Below are positions 21,348 through 30,179 of a DNA stretch of 64,000 nt, piece after piece (the stretch's first letter is position 1; each line of letters begins with the position of its first letter). The stretch is from IMG/VR virus record IMGVR_UViG_3300032069_000005, positions 1 to 64,000 of that record; one strand, written 5' to 3'. The notes below the pieces were generated by a model. The model did not search any database. It had not been told where the DNA came from and saw only the letters and a program-made list of their open reading frames with translations. The translations under genes were made by a program, and so were the position numbers. This stretch comes from a virus.

Positions 21348-21884
21348 ATGGAACTAACAGGAAAATTAGCGGTAATAGCGAAAACAAAAAATTCAAAAGG
21401 TTCATTGGGATTTAAGGTTGAGGGCGACGATGGTTGGTTCAGTGCAATGGGTGGCTCAGTAAATTATTTAGAGAAAATGAAAAAGGGAGATACAATAAAA
21501 ATCGAATATAAGCAAAATGGTGTTTATCGTAATGTAACCAGTTTAAGTAAAGTTGAAAGTGCAAAGACAGAAACGCCCAAAGAGACAAAATCAGACTCCC
21601 AGGAAGTTCCAGAATTTACTTGCGAAGATTGCGGAGCAGCATTAAAGGATGGGAAATATAAGAAATGTTATACTTGCAATCAGAAAAATCCCACAGTTAC
21701 TAAAGGAAAAGATAATCCTATGGCAACTACAAAAGATGTTCAGATTCAAAGAGGCAATAGTCTCAATTCAGCAAGTGCAGTATTAAAAGGAAATTACGAA
21801 GGAACGAATACTGACCCAGACAAAATAAAAGAAGCAACACTACATCTGGCAGAGGCGTTTCTGGATTGGTTAAGATTAGAATAA
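21348..21884 (+). CDS. putative ssDNA-binding protein (OB-fold plus zinc finger)
   Basis: beta-rich N-terminus, CEDC..CYTC, located directly before the primase. Confidence 0.45.
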   Translation: MELTGKLAVIAKTKNSKGSLGFKVEGDDGWFSAMGGSVNYLEKMKKGDTIKIEYKQNGVYRNVTSLSKVESAKTETPKETKSDSQEVPEFTCEDCGAALKDGKYKKCYTCNQKNPTVTKGKDNPMATTKDVQIQRGNSLNSASAVLKGNYEGTNTDPDKIKEATLHLAEAFLDWLRLE

Positions 21885-21924
21885 AAATTACACACATAAC
21901 AAAACATAGAATCAAAGGAGATTT

Positions 21925-23841
21925 ATGGGCGTTAATATTGACCAACTTTTTTCTTATCTAAAAGAAAAAGTTCCTAATTTTGTTAAGACAACTAAACGAG
22001 GTAAGATTCTTTTTACTTGCCCGCAGGAGAATAAACATCATTTTAAATCTTCTTCTCCTACAATGACAGTTATCCCAGGCAGCGAAAAATTTTATTGTCT
22101 GTCTTGTGCCTGGAAAGGAAATACTTATGATTTAGTTCGATTAGTAGAAAATAAACAAATGACCGATGAAGAAATTATAAATTTTCTCACCAATAATACT
22201 AAAATAGATATTTATCCTGAATTAGATGAATATAAGAAATATGGGTGGTATTTATTTGCTATTGCTAAAAATAGTAAAAAACCCCTGAAAGATGAACATT
22301 GGAGAGAAAAAGAATATTGTTCCAATGAAAAAGCAAGGTGGATACAATGGCTGGAAAATGGATGCAATATAGCCATTAATTGTGAATTTAGTAATACAAT
22401 GTTAGTTGATTTTGATGATAAAGAAGTTTCTCCAGCATTACAGCCGCTAAGAAATGAATTGAAGAAAATGCTGGAAGATAGCAAAACATTAATGCAAAAT
22501 ACCCCCAGGGGAGGAAAACATTATGTTTTTGTATTTGACTCTGAACTTTGTTTTAAACAACAAGTAGATTTGGGCGAAGGATTAAAAATAGATACAAGAA
22601 CACATAAGGGATATTTCCTTCTTGCTCCTTCTAAAGTATATGATAAATCCTATAATTGGATTAATCTTGGTGCGGAAATTAAAACAGTTCCGGCAGAATT
22701 GAAATCTAAACTATTGGAAATAATCAAGGTAGATTCAGGTAGAAAATTAGAAACCCCCCCAGAAATGTCTCAAGAAATGAAAGAAATAATAGATAATCCC
22801 ATTGAGCTAAAAGGCAATGATTTATCCGGTTGTAGGAATAACACCTTTATTCAAACTGGCGGAGCACTCCTAAAAATGGGTATTCCCCCAGATAAAATAA
22901 AAGTTATATTACATTATCTCAATAAAAATTGGTTAGCAACACCAAGAGCAGCACACGAAATAGAAGCAATGATGGGAAGTTTGGAAGGATATAAAGAAAC
23001 TGAAGAACAGACCCAGGAAAATTCTATATATGAATGTTGTAAATTACTTAGTTCTGACATATCCGCAAAAGATATTATGGAGCACGTTTTTCCTGGAGAA
23101 AGAAATAAAAGAGCTATCGTTGATAAATATTTAGCAAAATTTCACAAAGAAGGAAAATTATCAAGAAGAGGCAGAGGAAAATATGATTGTAAACAGGTAG
23201 TAGAATGGATTAATGAAGAACAAGAGCAATCTAAGGAAATAAATTATAAAATTCCTTATTTTGATGATGTGGCGTATTTTAGGAATGGAGATATTATTTT
23301 GATTGGTGCACCAACCGGACACGGAAAGACCACAATAGCAATTAATTTTATTAAACAAATGAAAGAACAAGGAATTAGACCCTATTATTTATCATTAGAG
23401 GCGGGGTCTCGCCACGAAAAAACTGCCAATGCTCTGGGATTAACCCAAGCCGATTATTATATTCCAAAAGAAACCGTAGTTAATCCGCTTGCAATAGAAA
23501 TAGAGCCAAATTCATTTACTATTGTTGACTGGCTTTATACAGGAGACGATTTTTCTCAGACCCAGGCGGTCTTCAAACATCTTAATGATGAAATGGTTAG
23601 AAAGGGGGGAATATTAATAGCTTTTACGCAACTCAAAGAATCATACGAATATTTTGCTATAAATCTTGTGAAATCGTTTCCTCGTTTCTCTGCTCGATAT
23701 ATTTATGACGATGAAACGGGAATTATCGGTCATTTTCAAGTTGATAAGATTACAGACCCACGTGGGCACTATCAGAATTATATAATTCCTTGTGAATTTA
23801 ATTTTTCTACAAAAGAAATTTTAAAGAAAAATAATATATAA
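21925..23841 (+). CDS. primase-polymerase (AEP) / helicase fusion
   Basis: N-terminal Zn finger (CP..H...CLSC), DFD, TPRGGKHY, PriCT-like GCRNNT, Walker A GAPTGHGKTT. Confidence 0.8.
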   Translation: MGVNIDQLFSYLKEKVPNFVKTTKRGKILFTCPQENKHHFKSSSPTMTVIPGSEKFYCLSCAWKGNTYDLVRLVENKQMTDEEIINFLTNNTKIDIYPELDEYKKYGWYLFAIAKNSKKPLKDEHWREKEYCSNEKARWIQWLENGCNIAINCEFSNTMLVDFDDKEVSPALQPLRNELKKMLEDSKTLMQNTPRGGKHYVFVFDSELCFKQQVDLGEGLKIDTRTHKGYFLLAPSKVYDKSYNWINLGAEIKTVPAELKSKLLEIIKVDSGRKLETPPEMSQEMKEIIDNPIELKGNDLSGCRNNTFIQTGGALLKMGIPPDKIKVILHYLNKNWLATPRAAHEIEAMMGSLEGYKETEEQTQENSIYECCKLLSSDISAKDIMEHVFPGERNKRAIVDKYLAKFHKEGKLSRRGRGKYDCKQVVEWINEEQEQSKEINYKIPYFDDVAYFRNGDIILIGAPTGHGKTTIAINFIKQMKEQGIRPYYLSLEAGSRHEKTANALGLTQADYYIPKETVVNPLAIEIEPNSFTIVDWLYTGDDFSQTQAVFKHLNDEMVRKGGILIAFTQLKESYEYFAINLVKSFPRFSARYIYDDETGIIGHFQVDKITDPRGHYQNYIIPCEFNFSTKEILKKNNI

Positions 23842-23974
23842 TGAAAAGAAAAATATTTATATCTGTTCGTAATTTTATACTTAAAATAAAATATCCTAAT
23901 CGAGATATTATTTGGAAAAGCAGAAAATGGAATCGAAAATATACTGATTATGTTGATTTATCTGGATAAAGATA

Positions 23975-24307
23975 ATGGATAATAAAAAAAAGGGAATCCA
24001 GTTAGAATTAATGGCAGCGAGTAAACTTCAAGAAATCTTCCAAGAAACTCCGCCAATTCGTCCCTCAAAAGCATCCTCTGGCGGGTCGCATAATACTGAA
24101 CTCGCCGATATTCAATCTCAGAATATATTTGTTGAGTGTAAGAACGATGGCAATTGGTTTAGAAGAAAGATTTGGGTGAAATTGCTTAATTCACTTCCAT
24201 TCGGAACTACCAAACTGCCTATGTATATAATCAATGACCCGATTGAAGGTGTTTTAGTTATGTTATCTTTTAATGATTTGTGTAGATTATTGAAGGAGAA
24301 AAGATGA
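23975..24307 (+). CDS. PD-(D/E)XK Holliday junction resolvase-like nuclease
   Basis: KG..LE, SSGG...ADI...FVECK. Confidence 0.65.
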   Translation: MDNKKKGIQLELMAASKLQEIFQETPPIRPSKASSGGSHNTELADIQSQNIFVECKNDGNWFRRKIWVKLLNSLPFGTTKLPMYIINDPIEGVLVMLSFNDLCRLLKEKR

Positions 24308-24464
24308 AAAAAATTACTCAAAAATCACTTAAAAAAAATTTAATTAAAATAATAAATCAAAGCAAAATTGAAGAAGTGATTTATGAACCAAGATATTATG
24401 AAGGATATGAATTACAAAAAACACTTATCGGTAGCACTATTACTATAAGAACAAGGCTATTAAA

Positions 24465-24851
24465 ATGACTAATTTTTTTAATAATATAAAATATTTTATT
24501 CAAAGAGGTAAACGAGGTTACGCTGATTGCGACCTATGGGATTTTGATGTTTATCTTGCAAAAACATTAACAAATGCGTTAAAAGATTTTAAAAAAATAA
24601 ATCAAGGAATTGCCCCAAATATCTACAGGAAATATATTAATAGAAAAGATTTAACACAGAAACAAAAAGACGAATTAGCAAAAAAAGAATGGAATACAAT
24701 ATTAGATATAATGATTAGAGGATTTAGTATTGTTCCTAAATTATTTGAAGGAAAAGTATTAAACAATAAAATATTAAAAGAAGGTTATATGTATGAATTA
24801 GGAATAGCTTTTGATTTTCTTAAAAAATATTATTTTGATTTATGGGATTAG
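24465..24851 (+). CDS. conserved hypothetical phage protein
   Basis: RGYADCDLWDFD...EW..IL..MI.GF...YFDLWD pattern. Confidence 0.55.
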   Translation: MTNFFNNIKYFIQRGKRGYADCDLWDFDVYLAKTLTNALKDFKKINQGIAPNIYRKYINRKDLTQKQKDELAKKEWNTILDIMIRGFSIVPKLFEGKVLNNKILKEGYMYELGIAFDFLKKYYFDLWD

Positions 24852-25149
24852 GAGATAATATGATTAAGATTTTTTGTTTTGACCCAGGTAAAAAGAAGAC
24901 CATATTGGCGGGATTTTATAATAAAGAACTTAAAACTTTTTTTAAAAAAGTTAAATCATCTCATTGGATGCGAATAGAAAAATCCTATGGAATACAGGAC
25001 ATTGTATTACAACAATTAAATAATTTAGGCTGTAAAAGCATTTGCATAGAAACTAAAACGTCGATAATACAATCTAATTTAGAAGATTGGCTAAAACAGC
25101 CAACAAAAAATTATGGGAATGGTAATCAAAGATTTTTAGGAGGTAAATA

Positions 25150-26193
25150 ATGGGTAGAGGCAGACCGAAAGGAAGCAAAAATAAAAAAATAACAACTCCC
25201 AAAACAGTTACAGAACATATTCAGGAGCAATCACCAAAAGTCAAGGAAATGATTAAAGAAGAAAAAGAGAAATTATCTAAAAAAAATGAGATTAACTCCG
25301 CACTCAGAAACTCGGTAAATGAACTTACAAAAAAATTTGGGCACGAAATCATTCACTTTGCTTCTGAAGAGCCGGAAAGAGAGAGAATTCCCACTGGAAT
25401 ACCTGAATTAGACAAGATGATTACTGGATTCCCTTCTGGTGCATTTTCAGTAATTTGGGGAAATAAAGGAAGCACAAAATCAACCACAGTATTGAATTTG
25501 ATTGCTCAAGCACAGAAACTTGGAAAACAATGCCTTTATTTAGATTTAGAAACCTCCTTTGATAATAAATGGGCGGATAAATGCGGAGTAGATAGAAATA
25601 AATTATTAATTGGTCATTTTGACAATGCTGAGCAAGCATTAGATACTGCAATAAAAATGAGCAAAGAGAAAGTTATAGATATAATTATATTAGACAGCGT
25701 CCAATCTCTTTCTCCCGAAGGAGAACAAGAAACTAAGAAAGGCGAAACCAAAAGCACTGGCGACGACACTGTGGCTTTATTGGCGAGGAGATTAAGTCAA
25801 TTTTTTAGAATGGATGCAGCAGGAAATTATAGAGGTAATATAACATTTATTTTAATCGGGCAAAGTAGGATGGATTTAAGCGGATATATTAAATTGGAAA
25901 AATTAAGTGGAGGAAAAGCAATCGCACATTGGGCTACTTTAATTATAAAGGCATATCGGTCAACTAAGGCAGATGCACCAAGATTTAAATTTGAAATCAA
26001 AGGTAAGAAAAAAGAAATCCCAATTGGATTTGAGATTTGTTATCGTTTAGAAAAAAAGAAGATTAGTGGAACTGCTCCTGAAGAAACAGAAGTAAGAGCA
26101 AATTTTTATAATGAATTTGGTTTTGTAGAACCTACAGAAAAACAGATAAAAGAATTATATTCGGATTGGATTTCTTTTGAAGAAAATTCTTGA
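25150..26193 (+). CDS. recA: RecA/UvsX-like recombinase with N-terminal AT-hook
   Basis: IPTGIPELD, variant Walker A GNKGSTKST, YLDLE, IILDSV, ARRLSQ, GQSR, SGGKAIAH. Confidence 0.85.
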   Translation: MGRGRPKGSKNKKITTPKTVTEHIQEQSPKVKEMIKEEKEKLSKKNEINSALRNSVNELTKKFGHEIIHFASEEPERERIPTGIPELDKMITGFPSGAFSVIWGNKGSTKSTTVLNLIAQAQKLGKQCLYLDLETSFDNKWADKCGVDRNKLLIGHFDNAEQALDTAIKMSKEKVIDIIILDSVQSLSPEGEQETKKGETKSTGDDTVALLARRLSQFFRMDAAGNYRGNITFILIGQSRMDLSGYIKLEKLSGGKAIAHWATLIIKAYRSTKADAPRFKFEIKGKKKEIPIGFEICYRLEKKKISGTAPEETEVRANFYNEFGFVEPTEKQIKELYSDWISFEENS

Positions 26194-26742
26194 TGAAAAC
26201 TAAATATAAATATATTCAATTTGATTTGGTAGAACAAGATGAAACAAAGAAGACTCAAGCATATACCGTAAGAAATATAAGTCTTCAGATAATATTAGGT
26301 TATATAAAATGGTATGGTGCTTGGAGACAATATTGTTTCTTTCCAATGATAGGAACAATCTATAGCGAAGGATGTTTAAAAGATGTTGCAGATTTTATAA
26401 AACAATTAATGGAAGATAGGAAGAAGGGGTAATAAATGTTTAAAGATATTATATATCAGATTTATTCGGATATAGAAATAAGAATTTATGAATTAGCAGA
26501 CAAAAAAATACTTATTTTTATTATAGCTGCTTGGTTATTTAATTTACAAGATAAATTAATATTTAAATGGCTAAGATTGCAGTGTTGGTTATTTGGATGT
26601 GAAGAAAGGGGCGGATATGGGGGATTTAATCTTCCTTGTGATGCTTATTGCTTTTATTGTAATAGATGCGGAGCAACTTATAGTAATTATGAAGGAAACA
26701 CCAATTATCATTTATTAAAAGGGATTTTTAAAAGAAAATATA

Positions 26743-28983
26743 ATGCTTAATCTTCCAATCCAAAATATATCCTCAATTGGTCGTGAAATAATTCTCTTTA
26801 ATCGACAACAAAGCGGAGAGCTTACAATAATGAGAGATTTATTGTTCAGTCCCTATTATTATGTTCCTTCTCCTACTGGAATATTTAGAGGATACTTTGG
26901 CGGAAAATATGATAAAGTTACTTGTAAAAATCCCCGGGAAATAAAAGATAAACGAAATGTAAAAACAGATGGGGAAAGTGATGTTCCATATGTTCGTCGT
27001 TATCTACTTGATAAAGTAAATATAATTAAATCTCCTACGAGATGGATTATGTTTGATATTGAGACTCTTAGTAAAATTGTTCCTAATCCATTGGTTGCCC
27101 CAGACCCAATTACTTCAATAACCGCATATGATAATTATGAAAAAAAGTATATTCAATTTTGGTGCGAAAATTATCCATCTGAATATGAACTTATAGATGC
27201 GTTTATCAATTATATTAAGGAAAGGAAGCCAGATTTACTCCTGGCGTATAATATAAATGGATTTGATATGCCTTATTTGGTTACTCGTTTTTCTGACTTC
27301 GGAGAAAAGGTTAGCCCCATAGGACAAATTAAAAAAAGAAATGGATACCCAGAAGGAATCAGTATAGTCGACTATTATGAACTCATTAAAAAAGTATATA
27401 AATATAAGAGGCATACTTTAGATTTTATTTATTCTGATGAATTTAAAGTTCCCCAGAATTTTATAAAATATAGATTTAATGAGATTAGCCCAATCATTAA
27501 AGAAAAGAATCTGGAAGATGTAAAAAAAATGGTCGCCTTAGAAAATAAATTGCATCTCATTGATTATTTTGATGAACAAAGGAGAATTGCAAAAGTTCTT
27601 TGGGAAGATTTATGTCATTTTAGTGTATCTATCGATGGATTGATTTTGCAAACTGCGAAATCTAAAGGCGTAGTCTTACCGAGTAAACCAGACGAAGAAG
27701 AAAAACTTCGTCGAATAGAGGAAGATGAAATCGAAGGCGGATATGTATTTGCCCAACCAGGAAAATATGATGACGCTTCTTTACTAGATATTTCTGGGAC
27801 ATACCCGAATCTAATTACTACATTTAATCTTGACCCTGTAAATAAGAAGAAAATCCCCAATTCGCAGACAGTAACTATCAGAAAAATCCACATAGAACAG
27901 AATCCCAACGCCATTGTGCCAACAGTTGCCAATAGATTAATCGCTTCTCGTAAACAAATCCAAAAAGAACTCGAAGGAAAAACAGGCGAAGAATATGATT
28001 TATTAAAGAAAAAAGATGATGCACATAAATCGCTTAATAATGTGGTCTACGGGATTTTGCTTTTTAAGAATTCTCGTATATATGATAAAGACATCGCCGA
28101 TTGCATTACCTATTTAGCGAGGTTCTTAATTCGATATACCAAATTTGCTTTAAGAAAATTGGGATATTCAGTCATTTCTTCAGACACCGATTCTATTTTT
28201 GTTCATTCCAGAGATTATGAGAAAATAGAAAAATTATGCAATGAAACATTAATTCCTAACTGGCTTAGACACTTTGGCAAAACAGAAGGAACTCTGAGAT
28301 TTAAATATGAAGGATATTTTGAGAATGTTGTTTTTGAAGCACCAAAACATTACAGAGGCAATTTTGTTACTGCTAAGGGCGAACATAAAATGATAAATAA
28401 AGGCATCGAAATTGTTCGCAAAGATTCTTCTAAATTTCAAGAAGAATTTTTAGAGGAATTATATAATAGAATTTTAAAAAATGAAAGTGAGCAAACCATC
28501 TCTAATTGGATATTAGAACAAATAAAAGAATTACCCAATAAACCATTGAAAAATATTGCATTTCCTTTTCAAATAGTCCAAAAAATTTATAATAGTATTC
28601 CTATATCTATTCGAGCACTTCAATATACTGACGAAATAATTCCCAATTTTAGTCAAGATTATCATAATGAATTATATTATATTTATGTTAAACCATTTGG
28701 AACAGCAGAAAGACATTCCAAAAGTATGCGAAAGAATAAAGATACTGGAAAAAAGGAATTAAAAGAATCACATACTATAATAAATAAGAACGTCCTCGCC
28801 TTTGACGAAAATACTGACCACATAAAAGAAGTAGATTATTCAGAAATGATTAGACGCAATATTTTAGATAAGGCGGAAAAGCTCTTTGATGTTTTGGGAT
28901 GGAATAAAGAATTGATTGGGATAAAAAAGAAAATTTCTAAAAAAGATGCAATTGCCGAACTCAAAAAAAGAGGATTATTATAA
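26743..28983 (+). CDS. polB: family B DNA polymerase with 3'-5' exonuclease
   Basis: FDIET, YN..GFD, DISGTYP, K..NNVVYG, SDTDS, KHY, KGIEIVRKD. Confidence 0.92.
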   Translation: MLNLPIQNISSIGREIILFNRQQSGELTIMRDLLFSPYYYVPSPTGIFRGYFGGKYDKVTCKNPREIKDKRNVKTDGESDVPYVRRYLLDKVNIIKSPTRWIMFDIETLSKIVPNPLVAPDPITSITAYDNYEKKYIQFWCENYPSEYELIDAFINYIKERKPDLLLAYNINGFDMPYLVTRFSDFGEKVSPIGQIKKRNGYPEGISIVDYYELIKKVYKYKRHTLDFIYSDEFKVPQNFIKYRFNEISPIIKEKNLEDVKKMVALENKLHLIDYFDEQRRIAKVLWEDLCHFSVSIDGLILQTAKSKGVVLPSKPDEEEKLRRIEEDEIEGGYVFAQPGKYDDASLLDISGTYPNLITTFNLDPVNKKKIPNSQTVTIRKIHIEQNPNAIVPTVANRLIASRKQIQKELEGKTGEEYDLLKKKDDAHKSLNNVVYGILLFKNSRIYDKDIADCITYLARFLIRYTKFALRKLGYSVISSDTDSIFVHSRDYEKIEKLCNETLIPNWLRHFGKTEGTLRFKYEGYFENVVFEAPKHYRGNFVTAKGEHKMINKGIEIVRKDSSKFQEEFLEELYNRILKNESEQTISNWILEQIKELPNKPLKNIAFPFQIVQKIYNSIPISIRALQYTDEIIPNFSQDYHNELYYIYVKPFGTAERHSKSMRKNKDTGKKELKESHTIINKNVLAFDENTDHIKEVDYSEMIRRNILDKAEKLFDVLGWNKELIGIKKKISKKDAIAELKKRGLL

Positions 28984-29126
28984 TATGGATTTATCTAAAT
29001 TATCTAATGAAGAATTAATGAAAATAGCGAAAATATCTCCTAAATTTGCGGGGGAAGTATCGAAAAAGATACTCCTTGCTTCCAGCGAGGAAGGTGGGGT
29101 GCAAGTCCCTAACCCCGCTCCAAATA
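28954..29126 (+). repeat. 173-bp direct repeat, copy 1 (identical to 30007-30179)
   Basis: covers the polB 3' end, SD, Mom N-terminus and tRNA-like element; offset 1053 bp. Confidence 0.95.
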
Positions 29127-29917
29127 AAGAATTAATAATTAAAAAAAAAGAAGAATTGATGCACTCTGATTTTGATTCTTCAAATTTTATGATAGAATTA
29201 ATTGAACCAAAAATGACATATGAGTGGATGATGTATAAACATTATGCACATAAAATACCTCCGGTTATTAAATATTGTTACGGTTTATTTAAAAATAAAC
29301 AACTCGTGGGGGTTTGTGTTTATGGAATATTGGCAAATAAAGAATATAATAATGGAAAATGTTTGTTTAAAAATTATCGAGTTGATGTTTTAGAATTAAA
29401 AAGATTAGTTGTAGATGATGATTTGCCAAAAAATACATTATCTTATTTTGTTTCAAAAACATTAAAAATGCTTCCACAACCAACGTGCGTTGTTAGTTAT
29501 GCAGATAGTAATCAAAATCATCACGGATATATTTATCAGGCTACCAATTGGTTATATACAGGTATGGGAAGAGGGAAATTAGCAATAATAGACAAATCAA
29601 CGGGAGAGGAAATTCACGAGAAAACGATATATGACAGGTATGGGACAAATAATATAGAAATTTTAAAAACTAAATTTGATTTTGATACAAAAATTTTAAA
29701 AGGAAAATATCGTTATTTAAAATTTATTGGAAATCATAAACAAAAAAAAGAAATGTTACACTCATTAAAATGGAAACTTTTTCCATATCCAAAAGGCGAT
29801 AATATCAATTATGATGCTTCTTATAAAATTAAAAATTTAAATATAAATAAAAAAGGAATAATTCAGGAAAAGAGAGAGGAAGATAGACAGACAGAAAAAC
29901 AGGAGGAAGAGAGATGA
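28985..29917 (+). CDS. mom: Mom-like GNAT adenine-modification enzyme, copy 1
   Basis: KHYAH, ELKRL, PKNTLS, VSYADSNQNHHGYIYQATNWLYTG, K.RY, PYPK; GAGGA SD before ATG 28985. Confidence 0.8.
   Translation: MDLSKLSNEELMKIAKISPKFAGEVSKKILLASSEEGGVQVPNPAPNKELIIKKKEELMHSDFDSSNFMIELIEPKMTYEWMMYKHYAHKIPPVIKYCYGLFKNKQLVGVCVYGILANKEYNNGKCLFKNYRVDVLELKRLVVDDDLPKNTLSYFVSKTLKMLPQPTCVVSYADSNQNHHGYIYQATNWLYTGMGRGKLAIIDKSTGEEIHEKTIYDRYGTNNIEILKTKFDFDTKILKGKYRYLKFIGNHKQKKEMLHSLKWKLFPYPKGDNINYDASYKIKNLNINKKGIIQEKREEDRQTEKQEEER
29048..29122 (+). tRNA. non-canonical tRNA-Gly(UCC)-like element embedded in frame in mom copy 1
   Basis: GCGGGGG/ACCCCGC-T-CCA acceptor, GTAT/ATAC D-stem, CCTTG-CTTCCAG-CGAGG anticodon arm, TGGGG-TGCAAGT-CCCTA T arm; 75 nt. 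Confidence 0.8.
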
Positions 29918-29919
29918 TA
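29857..29919 (+). repeat. 63-bp purine-rich direct repeat, copy 1 (one mismatch to 30874-30936)
   Basis: encodes the IIQEKREEDRQTEKQEEER* tail plus SD and ATG of the next gene. Confidence 0.92.
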
Positions 29920-30036
29920 TTGAAATTTCAACAACATAATGGTTGGGTATATGTTTCTGATTTATATAAAGTAGAAACCAGACAAATGTCAAAAAAAGAA
30001 GCACTCGCCGAACTCAAAAAAAGAGGATTATTATAA
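29914..30036 (+). CDS. 40-aa chimeric junction ORF
   Basis: MILKFQQHNG... resembles the start of 30931 (MIVKIIQENG); ends SKKEALAELKKRGLL like the PolB C-terminus SKKDAIAELKKRGLL. Confidence 0.55.
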   Translation: MILKFQQHNGWVYVSDLYKVETRQMSKKEALAELKKRGLL

Positions 30037-30179
30037 TATGGATTTATCTAAATTATCTAATGAAGAATTAATGAAAATAGCGAAAATATCTCCTAAATTT
30101 GCGGGGGAAGTATCGAAAAAGATACTCCTTGCTTCCAGCGAGGAAGGTGGGGTGCAAGTCCCTAACCCCGCTCCAAATA
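30007..30179 (+). repeat. 173-bp direct repeat, copy 2
   Basis: identical to 28954-29126. Confidence 0.95.

Noticed and set aside
28946-28984. Track start of mom copy 1 at 28946
   Set aside because: It overlaps polB; ATG 28985 has the SD and matches the start of copy 2
29048-30175. tRNA repeats as attL/attR of an integrated element
   Set aside because: The whole tRNA plus ~94 bp upstream is duplicated, a second unrelated repeat marks the 3' ends, and no integrase is adjacent; this fits tandem cassette duplication better
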